The position numbers were made by a program, and so were the translations under genes. Below are positions 13,298-27,594 of a stretch of DNA of 64,000 nucleotides, piece after piece. The notes under the pieces are model-generated. The model worked only from the letters and a program-made list of their open reading frames with translations, ran no database searches and had not been told where the DNA came from. Source of the DNA: the human T2T-CHM13v2.0 reference genome, Homo sapiens. The stretch is taken from the NCBI RefSeq assembly GCF_009914755.1, contig NC_060937.1. The stretch is one strand, 5' to 3'. The number at the start of each line of letters is the position of its first letter. The first letter of the stretch is position 1.

Positions 13298-14237
13298 CAA
13301 TTTTATAATTTATTGTAGACCTACAGTAATCAAAACAATGTGATATAGGCAGAAGGAGAAAGACATTGATCAATGGAACATAATGGAGAACCCAGAAATA
13401 GATCCATATAAATACAGTCAGCTGTTTTAATTATTTTGTTTTTTTTTACAAAAGCACAAAAGCAATTCAATGGGGAAAGGACAGCCTTTTCAAGAAACGG
13501 CACCAGAGCAATTGGACATCCATAAGCAAAAAAAAATGAACATCGACCTAAACCTCACACCTTAGACAAAAATTAACTAAAACTGGTTCATGATCTTAAA
13601 TGTAAAGCATAAACTGGAAAATTTTTGGAAAAATAAATAAAAGAAAATCTTCAGGATTTAGGGTTAAGCGAAGAGTTCTTAGTCTTGACACCAAAAGCAC
13701 ATTTTATAAAAAGACAAAATAATTTGAATCTCATAAAATTTAAAACTTTTGATCTGCTGTGATGCATGTGAAAAGATAATCTACAAATGCAGGTAATATA
13801 CATGCAAACTACATATCTAGTCAAGGACTAGTACTTAGGAGATATAAAGAACTCTCAAAATTCAACAATGTTTTTAAAGTCCAATTAGAAAAGGGGTAAG
13901 CAGCATGAACAGACATTTAACTGAAGAGGTATATTGGTAACAAGCACATGAAAAAGTTTCACCATCATCAGCCATCAGGGAAATACAAATTAAAACAATG
14001 AGAAGTCACTGTACAACTATCAGAATGGTTAAAATAAAAAATAGTGACACCAACTGCCACTTGAAGAAGAAACTGGACCACTCATACATTCCTGGAGGGA
14101 ATGTAAAATGGTACACTTGTTGTGGAAACCAGTTGGGTGGTTTCACCAATCTAAACAATTAACTTGGACTTTTATCCCAAAGAAACAAAAACCTATGTCA
14201 CATAAAAACCTGTACATGAATGATCATAGAAGCTTTA

Positions 14238-14627
<390 letters not shown>

Positions 14628-14650
14628 ACTGTGATACATGGATTCTATGG

Positions 14651-15201
14651 TGTGATGGTTAATACTGAGTGTAAACTTGATTGATTGAAGGATGCAAACT
14701 AGTGTTCCTGGATGTGTCTGTGAGGGTGTTACCAAACTTGGAGATTAATATTTGAGTTGGTGAACTAGGAGAGGCAGACCCACCCTCAATCTGGGTGGGC
14801 ACCATCTAATCAGCTGCCAGTGTGGCTAGGACAAAAGCAAGCAGAGGAACATGGAAGGACAAGACTGGCTGAGTCTTCTGGCCTCCATCTTTCTCCTGTG
14901 CTGGATGCTTCCTGCCCTGGAACATCAGACTCCAAGTTCTTCAGCTTTTTGATTCTTGGACCTGCACCAGTGGTTTGCCAGGGGCTCTCAGGCCTTTGGC
15001 TGCACAATTAAGGCTGCACTGTTGGCTTCCCTACTTTTAGGTTTTGGGACTCGTACTGACTTCCTTGTTCCTCAGCTTGCAGATGGCCTATTGTGGGACT
15101 TCATTTTGTGATCGTGTGAGTCAATAGTCTTTAATAAACTCCCTTTCATATATACATCGATCCTATTAGTCCTGTCCCTCTAGAGAACCCTGACTAATAC
15201 A
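14651..15201 (+). mobile_element. MLT2A (A2-like) HERV-L solo LTR
   Basis: tgtgatggttaatactgagtgt ... ctagagaaccctgactaataca; 551 bp; degenerate TSD tatgg/cacgg. Confidence 0.92.
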
Positions 15202-15934
15202 CACGGGATATCACTTAACAAAAAAAAAGGAACCAACTATTGATATACACAACAACTTGGATGAATCTACAGAGCATTATGCTGAGGGGAAAAAAATATG
15301 ATTTGTAAAAGTTACATACTGTATGATTCCATCTATAGAACATTTTGAAATGGTAAAATTTTAGAAATGGAGAACAGATTAGTGGTTGGGAAAGGTTAGA
15401 GATAGGGTTGGGGTGGGGTCCAGCGGCAAAAGGGAGATGGATGTGGTTATAAAAAAGCAAGTTGAAAACTCTCAAAAAAGATTTTAAAATAAGTAAAAAT
15501 TGCTATTGTTAAAAAAGAAAAGTAGGCTGGACTGGATAGTTGAAGTCTTCAGTGAATATTTTGAAGTGATTTGTTAATCTACATAGATAAATGTTATTAG
15601 ACTGTGAGAGGCAACCACTGTTTTGCTTTGTAGACACAGTGGATTTATATCAGTTAAATTCCTTCCAATATATGTGTTTGCTCTCAAATAGAGACAAACT
15701 TAAATAAACATTATGAAGTATATGCTTCTGAAACTCCCAGAGCATTTACAATATTAATATTAATACTGCATATACATTTTACTACATGATACTTTTTATT
15801 TATTTAGAATCTAATCCAATAAAGTGTTTTTCATTTTGCTGCTCCTATGCAATTGTTCTGCATACCTGAAAACACTTGCGACTCCTGGGAACTTATTTCT
15901 CCTCACACTCGACATGGAATACTTGTTCATGTGC

Positions 15935-16050
15935 TTTTTGTTTTGTTTTTATTTTTTTAGAGATGGGGTCTTACTCTGCCGCCTGGGCTGGAGTGCAGTG
16001 GCAAGATCGTAGCTGACTGCAACACAAGTGCCAACCTGCGTCCAGTTGTA
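15935..16050 (-). mobile_element. Alu fragment (AluJ/FRAM-like right arm)
   Basis: T-rich tail then agagatggggtcttactctgccgcctgggctggagtgcagtggc; similarity lost after about 16020-16050. Confidence 0.8.
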
Positions 16051-16279
16051 TTTTTTATATTATTAAATGAACATCAATTATGTCTGTGTCAATTATATCA
16101 ATCTGAACAAAAATATATTGCCTTTATTGACATCATAACTACAGATTTTTTTCCTTAATCTACCCCTACTATCACAATTCTATACAAAGTGCCAGTTTAG
16201 AAGTTAGTTATTTAACCATACATTCCTCTAAAATTGCAGAATTCTAAGTCTTTTATTGATTAAATGAAATTTTTTAGTA

Positions 16280-17400
<1,121 letters not shown>

Positions 17401-17861
17401 ACAGATATTTACTACTTTGTGCTGTAAAGTTTATTGGACTTCTCTTTTGATTTCTTCTTCCTCATCTCTAGGGTACACACTCTCCCGTATAAAATCAGGA
17501 ATTGGAAGCTGCACTGAGACATCATATAGTTCCAGTTTACTGGGAAAGTAAGATTCTTGAGAAATTTTATTAATTTCCCCTAGCCACATCATTCCTTCCT
17601 AGTACTGCCAGGACTAAAATGTAGATCTTTTGATACCTCCAGCTGTTAGAGAATCCAACTGATTTTAAACATCTCTTTTCCTTCTGAAAGAGCGTGAATG
17701 AGATGCTTTGGCTGCCAACAATTGGGGATGGAGGAATCTCCATGCTCATTTCCTATACTGTCTACACAGATTCAACCTGTGCTTCCCAATCCTCCGGATG
17801 GTGCCTGATCCACAGAGACCTGGACATGCCATGCAACATCCCTTGGGTAAAAATACAGTCC

Positions 17862-18170
17862 TTTTTTTTTTTTTTTTTTTTTTGTCTTAGAGACAGAGTA
17901 TTACTCTGTTGCACAGGCAGGAATGCAGTGGCACAATCATAGCTCACTGCAGCCTGGATCTCCTGAGCTCAAGTGATCCTGCTGTCTCAGCCTCCTGAGT
18001 ATCTGAGACTACAGGCATGCACCACCATGCCTTGTTAATTTTTTATTTTTTGTAGAAATGCGGTCTTACTATGTTGCCCAGTTGAGTCTTGAACCTCTGG
18101 CCTCATGCAATTTTTCCACCTCGACCTCCCAAAGCACTGGGATTACAGGTGTGAGCCACTCTACCTGGCC
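17862..18170 (-). mobile_element. AluJ, full length
   Basis: T tail; J diagnostics caatcatagctcactgcagcc and gctcaagtgatcc. Confidence 0.93.
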
Positions 18171-21100
18171 AAGATGGGATCTTTTGACAGCCGCTGATTT
18201 GTGCTGATAGCTACGGCTGTGGAGTTTTGTGGATGACCACCACTTCTCCCTCCATTTGGGGGAAAAAGAGACAGCTTTGCTAGTAGATGATCACTAGGTA
18301 TTGAACTTAATGTCTGATGGATTAAGCAAATAAGGTAGAAAAAGCAAGAGATTAATTAATAGGAAGAAGGAGATTTTTAATAGAAGAATAGCAGTAGTCC
18401 TTGAGGACCGGCAAAACTCTGATAGGCTTCCTTGGCCAAAACATGTTCATTTGGGTCTGGCAAGCTACTTCTCCCAGATTCCAAACTACTAAACTCCCTT
18501 ACGTTTGGCCCACAAGGAAACACTTCCAAGTCTCTACTTTCCATGAGGCTGATAATATTAAACTGCAGTTCTATTCTTGGGATTCAGGGATCAGCAGAGG
18601 CCAACCTTCCTCTGTTGCCCTTGCCAACCAGCTACACAATGAGTGCCAAGCAAAAACCATGTGATGTTTTAAAAGCAAGCAACATATTAAACACCAAAAC
18701 AGTCTTAGTTTTGAACCTACGCCTCTCCACCTTGCCAGGCAGCATTGGTGACTGTGATTTATTTAATCTACATTAGAGCAACTCCTTCAGTGAGGACTGA
18801 AAGAATTTTGAACAGAAAGGCGGCATTGATAGTTAGTGCTGAATATTTTGCTTGCTGAAATCATCTAAGGAGGACCCCATAACCATTTCAATGCTCTGCT
18901 GAGAAGAAGGCTCAAAGGTCAGGGCAGAGACACTTCCCACTTATCAGCATTAGCCACCACTGTCCAATAACTTGACTTTAAAGTGCTCGATTATCCAGCC
19001 AGAGAAGGACATTCTCCAAAAGATTATAGAGAAAGAAAGTGCTTTTCAGTGTGACCTGGTTAAAAACTGAGGCAGAGTGAAAGGCAGATACAAGGTGTGG
19101 AGAAAAGGCTACATTGCCATGAGTTATTGGAAAGAAAGAAGAGGCCAAATACCAATTCATTTTTTAAATGACAGAATAAATCAGAAACTTTCTTATTGGT
19201 TCACCCTATTTGCTACAAACATATATGGGGCATTTTTTAACAGTTCAATCTCTGAACCATACTAAAATTATTTCCCCTCTCCCCCTACCCCCCACAATTA
19301 CATTGAAAAAAATTCCTTCTCTGAACCACTGTTGCACATCTAATTATAGCACACACTACTTAGTGCTGTGATCGCAACCATTTTAAGGAGATGAAGATTC
19401 TCTTTGCTCAGTAGGGGAGGGACAAAAAGGTCTGTTTTTCAGGAAAATATAGATTGCCAAATGAATGTGACTTGAAATAAAATCAGCTTTAACTCTGCTG
19501 GAAAGCGACCCTATGACCTCTGTTTCCCAGACCTCCACCACCACACCCACAGGCCTCCATTTCATGTTTCACCCTGGCGGGTCCCCAGGATACCATGCTA
19601 CAGAACTCCCTCCCATTAGCTGCAGGAATCCAGAATATCCATGGCAACCGGTCTCTAACCCCAGGGAGAAGGCAGCAGAATTGAAAGGCTCCATTCTGTT
19701 TCTACAGCCACAGCTCAGTGAATTGACAGTTTGGTGGTTCTCTCAGTTCCGTTAGATTAGGATGCACTTTTCTGTCTTCCTTTGTGTCATCTTTTTACCT
19801 GCGTAGGTCTCAGCTGCGGTTAAGGAATTTTTCAGATAAGCATTTCCCCTCTTTCCCACTACCTCTGCACCCATCCAAAAGCATACTCTTTAAACAGTCC
19901 TTGCTTTGCAGCATTTTTCTAAAGAAAACAAAACATAGTCTTGCTATTGGTCTTTTTGCCTTCCCACAAAAACATTCCATGTTTGGTGTGCATGTTGCGC
20001 AAATTACCAGTGGATATCTGATTTCAAGCAAAGCAAGTCCTTTGTACAACACGATCTTATAAAAAACTGGCAAAGAGATTTTTTAAAACATACAATTTTA
20101 TCATGAAATTAAGTTGTAGCATCAAATAACTATAATCACGTTTAAGTGTTTGTTTGTGCCACAGATATTTAAATGGGGTAACAGATTGCATAGTGCTCTC
20201 ACTGTCTGCCAAAGGAGACTGAATAACTAATTTGCACTCCCATGCCCTGTGGAATGGCAGCTGAGTCCCCAGTGGATATGGGAAGAACTTGACAGAAGCA
20301 GACCATTTGGTCTGCAGAATCAAAACAAGGCAGGAATGTTATGTACGGTATGCAATATACAGTCATATGTTGCATTTATAGTAGCCTAATAATAGGATTG
20401 CAAAAGGAGGTCAATCTGTTGGTCAGAATTTCTTAACTCTTCTGGGTAAAGTGGACCCCTTATAAAGCTAATGAGAGCTACAGATTCTCCTCCCAGGAGA
20501 ATGTATATATGTGTGAAATGGGAAGTTAAATATGATACTCCCTGTAGCTCAGTTTTGGCAGAAGCCTAAAAGAAAGCGAATACTGTGAGCATCAAGAATC
20601 CCTCACATCCTAAATGGAAAGGGCACTCCCTAAAACAGTAACTGGAAGTACATATATCCCTGGAGGGTATACTAGGGTTTCCAAAGGGAAAAAATGGGCA
20701 AAATGGTTTCAAGAAATTAATCTCTGTATCCTCAACTTTTTTGCATATTTCTTCATAAATTAATCTATGAAAGGGATCGTGCTTTCCATTTCACAGAAGC
20801 CTTTCTCCCTTGTTTTACAAGAAAGGCAAATGTCTCATTCATCCCTAACTCAACACTGATATATTGCTTAGGTTGTGAACAACTCCTGGATCCCAAAGTG
20901 ACCATATACACATCCCTATCTGTTAAATTGCTTTTCCTTAAAGTCCCAGGTTTGAGTCTCGACATGTTTTGTATGATTTCAATAACAAAAAGGTGAAAAG
21001 TTCTACCTTTACTCATTTACTAAAAACAGATTATCATATCTTTGAGTAAAAGGAGTATCAGTTAAAAATAGAGCATTATATTTTCCTGAACATTTGTTCA

Positions 21101-21393
21101 GACTGTTAAGATAAAACATTCCTTAACTTTTACCAAAAGATGAATGTTCTAAGTATCTATTTAATTTTTACTGCTTATTGTCTGTCGTTCACTAACCTCT
21201 TCCCTCCTCTGTTACTCCTTAATGCCATGTACTTGTTTTATTTGGATTTGCTTACTGGGAAGGTATTATAGATTTCACTGCAAATAATGCAATTAAGTCT
21301 TGTAATAAATCTTTTGTAGCTCCATATTTATTCATAGCCTAATACTTTCTTTTCCAGTTGCTGTTGATTTCCACTGAAACCTAACCCATCCTC

Positions 21394-21472
21394 AAAAAAC
21401 AAAAAAAAAGAAAAAAGAGAGTAAGAGAGAGAGAAAGAGAAGAAAGAGGATGAAGAGAAGGAGGAGGAAGAA
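21394..21472. repeat. A/GA-rich low-complexity purine tract
   Basis: aaaaaacaaaaaaaaagaaaaaagagagtaagagagagagaaagaagaaagagg... read directly. Confidence 0.85.
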
Positions 21473-22909
21473 GAGCCTCATCATTCTCTCTAAAAAGCAC
21501 ATTTCTGATAAAAGTTTTCTTCCAAGAGAACCCTGGAGGAGCAACACAGAGGCCCAGGGAGCACTGGTCCCAGGATCACTGTGGATAGCAGAACCCAGAG
21601 GGCAGTGGAAGCTGGGGGCTAGGAATGAGGGCAGGGGCGAGGTGATGAGCAGATGTAACTGCTAGAGCAATTAAGCCCAAAGTCAAGCAAAACGCAATTT
21701 GGCAACTCCCACCCATGGGAACATCTCCAAAAATGCACAAAGAGCCCAGTGAGAGAGTCAGCTCGTTATACTTATCTCTTGCAGCCAGAGAGCATCAACA
21801 CAAGATAAAATGAACCTAAGGAAAAATCTCTTTTTTTCCTTACCTCTTTCCTCCCTTAGACGGGCTTCAAAAACATCTAGCCAATGAATGAAAAACAGAA
21901 AAGAAACTATTTCTTCCTCCCACTGGAGGATTCTAGGCAGGCACAACTGGTTTGTGGAGAAGAAAACTGGATTGGAGATTAGTATTGTATGATTACTAAA
22001 TTGGACTGTATTTTTTTATTATATAAACACAAAAATCTTTAATCCTACCCCAAATTTCCTCCAGTTATTAGAGAGTAACAAGAAGAGAAAGTTGATTTGA
22101 ATGGGGCAATGGTAAGAGAGAATAAAGTTGCTTTCAGCTTCCACCCTACTGAATTCAGTACGTTCCATAAGCCAGTTACACGTCCATGCTTCCATCAATA
22201 GCTAAAGGCTTACGCGCACTTCTGCATCCACACTCCCTCGAGAGGCAGGCAGTGAGAAGAAAAGAAGGCTCCTTGAGAGATAAGAAATCACATTAAAGGA
22301 AGATTGAGTTCACATAAGATTTACCTGCAAGAGACATTAAAACTAGAAGATGATGAATTAATTTAATTTGTTTAATTTTTAATATAATTCATTTATGTTT
22401 TTCCCCACCACCCCTTTCTAGGGGGAAAAGGGTTGAGCACAATTGTATCTGTTATTAAAAATAAGAAAAGCTATACTTTGGCACATCTAGGATGTATTGC
22501 AAAATGTAGAACATGATTGGAGAACTGGAAGTAGAGACTATTGAGGGATTGAGAAGGGAATTGACGTGACACAAACCAACATTTAAGGAATTGCCCAAGG
22601 GAAAGAGCCCACAAGAGACAGTGAGAAAAAGCAGCCAGAGAGAGAGGGGGTAACCAGGGGAGTAAAGTCAAGATGCTGAGGAAAGAATTAATAGGAGGGA
22701 GGGGTCTATGTTTTCAAATGTTGGTAAAAGCTGGGTACTGTATAACTGAAATATGTGCTTTGGTTTTAGCAACAAGAAAATCATCAGCGGCCTTGGCATG
22801 AGCAGTTTCACTAAAGTGGTGGAGGCAGAAACCAAACTGAAGAAATAGATTTTTTTTTTAAGTCTAGCAATAGAGACAACTCTTTCAAAAAGTCTGGCAA
22901 TAAAGAGGA

Positions 22910-23090
22910 TGTGGTAGATTGCGTTTTAATTATTCACTTCCCTTGCTATAGGATAATTATACATCCCTACCCATTACTTTGTAACTTGCAGTGCTTCTCT
23001 GAAGGAGATGAGTACTTCTCTGTCCTATTGACACTGAGGTTAGCCACGCAGATGGCTTTGTACATGGAATGTGAGTGATGTGAAGGAAGT
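22910..23090 (+). mobile_element. Old MLT1 (H-J-like) LTR 5' fragment
   Basis: tgtggtagattgc..., acttgcagtgcttctc, ctattgacactgaggttagccacg. Confidence 0.6.
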
Positions 23091-23127
23091 CGTTGGAATA
23101 GGAAATTTAGTCAAGGAAGATTTTATT

Positions 23128-23434
23128 ATTTTGTTTGTTTTGTTTCAGACAAGGTGTCACTCTGTTGCCCAGGCTGGAGTGCAGTGGCTGGATCATAGGT
23201 CACTGTAGTCTCGATTTCCCAGGCTCAAGCAATCCTCCCCTGTCTCAGCCTCTGGAGTAACTGAGACCACAGGCACGTGCCACCATGCCCAGCTAATTAT
23301 TTTTAATATTTTTAGTAGAGACAGGGGTCTCACCATGTTGCCCAGGCTGGTCCCAAACTCCTGAGCTCAAGCAATCTTCCCACTTCAGCCTCACAAATTG
23401 TTGGAATTACAGGCATGAGCCATAGCGCCCGGCC
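23128..23434 (-). mobile_element. AluJ, full length
   Basis: Both arms; TSD agattttatt at 23118-23127 and 23435-23444. Confidence 0.93.
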
Positions 23435-25089
23435 AGATTTTATTCTTAAAATGGCAAAAAGTAAGGGATGTTTAAATGCTTACAAAAAAGAGTCAGTATG
23501 AAGGGAAAACTTTAAGATACAGAAGAGAAGGGATGGTTGATGAAACCAGAACCCTGAGAAAGCAGACAGGGTTAGACCCTCAAAATAAATAGAGGACTTG
23601 CCCATTACATGAAGGTCACCTCTTCCATTAACAAGAAGGAAGGCAGGAAGGATGGATGTGAAGAAAGTTAAGCTTGCCGGTTAAGTGCTGACAGAGAGTT
23701 AAAAAGGCATCTAATTTCTCTGTGAAATGGGAAGTGATGTCACTTGATAAGGGCTAAGGGAGGGAAAGCCAGGGCAGGAGGGGAGAAGGAGGAGTAACGT
23801 TTTTGGAGCATCCATTAAAAAAAAAAAAAAAAGATACAAAACCAGAAAGAACAAAGCATAGAAGAATCAGTGAGCAGTATTAAAGGCCAAATTGAGGTTG
23901 GTGACCATAAAATTTTGTGGTGAAAATATTCATGGTTGTGTTATTTTCCCAGATGTGAGCCTAGGAAAGGCATGCTAGAGCCCTACAGTCACACGGAAGG
24001 GAGGTAACTCAGGAGGGGCCGAGGATATTGGCAAGAAAAGGTTGAATGTACTTTATCACCAGTGTCAGATTTTCCCGGTTGCCCTTTAGTTTTCCTATTA
24101 CACTAGCAGCAGCCTCTGTGTCCATTATTCACTAACTCCTTTATTCCTCACAGCAACCTTGGGATTATTCTTTTATAATTACTCTCTAAAGATAAGGAAA
24201 TTGAAACTCAGAGATACTACATAATTTGACCAAGATCACCCCGCTCGCAAGTGACAAAGTTATAATTAAAATTCGCATTGTATGACTCCAAGTTCAATAG
24301 AATTTTCCCACCACGTCACTGTTGCTCTCATTACTCTTGTTCTTTCTTTCTAAGCTTCTGTGAAACCCCTTGGTTTTTTATTAAAATTGCCTATAATCGA
24401 GAGTTCCAAGTCAGAAGTCCAAATTGCTGATAAAATCTTAAAGTGTCCAGCTAGGATTTCTAATTTCTTCCCTAAGCTGTATGAAGTGAATCAAATAAAG
24501 ACCACTAGCCATGCAGACTCCTAAAACAGGAGCCTAGTTGACATCCCATCCCCTTCCCTTTCTCTCATCCTTCTTTCTTACTCTGCAAGTGTTCTTCCTA
24601 AAGAAACAGAGAATACAATGAACTGAGCCCTGAGAAGACTGCTTTGAGCTGCCTGCCACTAAGACCCCTCAAATAAAAGAATAGGGTCAGGCCACAGTGT
24701 CAGGACCACCCCCACTCCATGACAGCAGCCCAGGCTGCTGCTGGATTGTATTGCAATTTCAGAGGCACCACTCATATATTCCACATGAATGGCGCTCCCT
24801 AGAAGTACACAGCAGGGCTACAGCCCTACCCACCTCCCTTGGCATGAGTTGTCACATTGCCAACGCTCAACTGTTGACATTGTAGACAGGAGATTTCCCA
24901 GAGTAGTTCATTTGAAAATATTCTGACCCTCAACCTCTGGAATCTCTGTGTCCTTTTTCCCTTCTTCCTCCCCACATTTTTCCTCTCATAACATTTACCT
25001 GGCATAAAGTCCCTTAACCACTACCCCACTTCGCCAGCCACAGAGTTTTGGATATACTTCCCTTAATTAGGCTAATCTAAGATAGGGAA

Positions 25090-25460
25090 GAAACTGCTGA
25101 TTGCCTTTTAATATTCAGTCCTTACTTCTTTCTTAATAACAAGGTTGGGACACCACCCCAATAGTAACTAAATACTAATTATTTTAGCTGAGTATATCAT
25201 CACTCAGAACACAATATTAGATTCCCCGGTTTCCCCTGCAGATAGATGTAGTCACACAACTAAGTTCGGGCCAATGAGATAAAAGCAGAAGTGTTATAGG
25301 CAACTACCAAGAGGTATACATAAAGGAAACTGATCCAGAGAGTCCTATTTTTCCATTGTTCCTGGACTGTAAAGGCAACATCTAGATTTCCCACAGCCAT
25401 CTTGGACTCTGAGGTAAACTGAAAAGTGGAAACCATGTTCTAAATATGGTGGAGGTACAA
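25090..25460 (+). mobile_element. Old ERVL LTR (LTR33/LTR16-like) fragment
   Basis: ttttagctgagta..., cctgcagatagatgtagtcacacaactaagttcgggccaatgagataaaagcagaagtg, cagccatcttggac. Confidence 0.65.
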
Positions 25461-26104
25461 GGAGACTGTGTCTACCAGTTACCACTTTCCTTCCCAATGT
25501 CAACATTCTAGACCTCAAACTTAAATGTCTCCAGGTTCCTCTCAGGCCACATGATTCCTAAAATTGTGTGTTCATAAGCTACTCTCCTAGGTATAAATTT
25601 GAAGAGGTTCCCTGTTGCCTAACTCTAAACACCTTTATCTGCCATTAAAGGGTTGTCATGGTTTGACACCCACCTCTCCAAATGTTCCTCCCCCTATTCT
25701 TTTAAATATAGCCTAGTATTTGGTCAAATTGATCTATTTACCTCCACATTATTTCTACCTCTGTGACTGAAGTCATGATTTTTCTCCTGCCTAGAAAGGC
25801 TTTGATCTAGGCAAAATATCTTTGATTTACAGATATTTCTTTATCTGTAAATAGCAAACCATTTTCATACAACATGTATAACTTCTGTATTCAACCTACA
25901 TGTTTCTCCCTGAGATTTCCTCATTCTATAGTAAAGTATCTTTGTCCTCCAAATAAATGATAGAAATGCAGGCCAAAATACAGCCCCTGGTGCGCACTAG
26001 ACACTAAATAATGTTTGGGGAAGGAATGAAAAGGAGTCAGGAACAAAAGGAACTAGGAAAACAAGCTACATTGAAGAAGAAAAGAAGGAAGAGGTAACTG
26101 AGAC

Positions 26105-26525
26105 CATATTCTTCCTTTATTCCATAATTGTAGAATTTTTAGTTGGGTATGTGACTAGACACAGTAAAGACTAGTTTCCTTGAAGCTAGTTATAACCATG
26201 CAATTAAGTTGTGGCTTATATGTAAAGACAAGTTTTATGAGGCAGCTTCCTGAAACATCCTGCCAGGAAACAACCAGGTTATGTCTTTTACTAATCCTTC
26301 TTCATTCCTGCCTACCCTCTGCATATAAGGTGGTGTCACCATCTTGAACTGCAGCTCAGGGTTAGCAGGGAGGTAAACTGGTAAGAGACTGGGTCTCACC
26401 AGTAAGAGGATTCCATGAAGCAAAGCCACTATATCCACCCTAGATCACTTTCTACCAGCCTTTGGCATGGAAGGAAAATAAACTTCTACTTGTTTGAGAG
26501 TCACAGTTAAACCTAAACCCTAAGT
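26105..26525 (+). mobile_element. Old ERVL LTR (LTR33/LTR16-like)
   Basis: ttttagttgggtatgtg, gaagctagttataaccatgcaattaagttgtggc, aataaacttctacttgttt. Confidence 0.6.
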
Positions 26526-26751
26526 AATGGAAAAGTCAAGAATAAAAGGGTAATGGCAGAAGCAGGTGAGAGAAAATAGGCAGCAAGACAGACATGATCC
26601 CTGCCTTCAAGGGACATAGACTCCACAGGAATAAAAACTCCCGAATCCAGAACTACCTGTTTTATGAGGTCAAAAAGAGAGAGTGGCCACCAAAATGGTG
26701 CTTGCTTCTTGTCTCAAAACTAGTGATGGAGAAGCTCTAGTAGAGAAAAGC

Positions 26752-27084
26752 TTTTTTTTTTAATTTTAACTTGATTTTTTTTTCTTTTTTTTTTTTTTTT
26801 TAAGACAAGGTCTTGCTTTGCCGTCCAGGCTGGAGTACAGTGGCACAATCATGACTCACGCAGCTTCAAGTTCCCAGACTCAAGCAATCCTCCCACCTCA
26901 GCCTCCTGAGTAACTGGTACTATAGGCATGCACCACCACACCCAGCTAATTTTTATATTTTGTTTTTGTAGAGATGGGGTTTCATGATGTTTCCCGGGCT
27001 GGTCTCAAACTTCTGGGCATAAGCCAACCACCTGCCTTGGCCTCAAAAGTGTTGGGATTACAGGCATGAGCCACTGCACCTAGA
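26752..27084 (-). mobile_element. AluJ, full length
   Basis: Compound T tail, both arms, J-type residues. Confidence 0.92.
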
Positions 27085-27594
27085 TGAGGGAAGCTCTTAA
27101 ATTCGGCTTTTATCTCTCTAAAGTCTTCCCTGAGGACAAGCTTTGCCTGGCACTTCCCCACAGATATTTATCCCAACACTGGCCTCGTGGTAACATTAGC
27201 TTACAGCAAATGCTCCTGGAGCCTTCACTCTTCAATTTCCTCCCCAGCTAGAACACCAGCTGCCTTCTCCCAATGATGCTTGTCTTTGAGTGCCTAAGGG
27301 TAAAACCTTAACACAAGTATTTGATAAAATGTCATCAAGGGTAACCATGTGGAATCTAAGGATCTAAGGAATACAGTCTTTCTTCTCTTTAAGCCCACCA
27401 GAGCTGACACAGATTTGGGCACAGCCTTTGACCCTTCCCCCAAACCAAGAAAAGAAGCTGATACCCCTAGAGGAACATGAGCTTATAAGACGAAATAACT
27501 AGACATGTGAGGAACATGACTACTGTAAAGACAACCAAAGGGAAACATCTAAAGCAGTGTTATTGAAAATGACAAAGAACTTAAAATAAGCATG

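Larger units (their letters stand above)
22480..24060 (-). mobile_element. L2 LINE fragments (interrupted by MLT1 and AluJ)
   Basis: Purine-rich antisense L2 strings (gagcagtttcactaaagtggtggaggcagaaacc; tagagacaactctttcaaaaagtctggc). Confidence 0.7.
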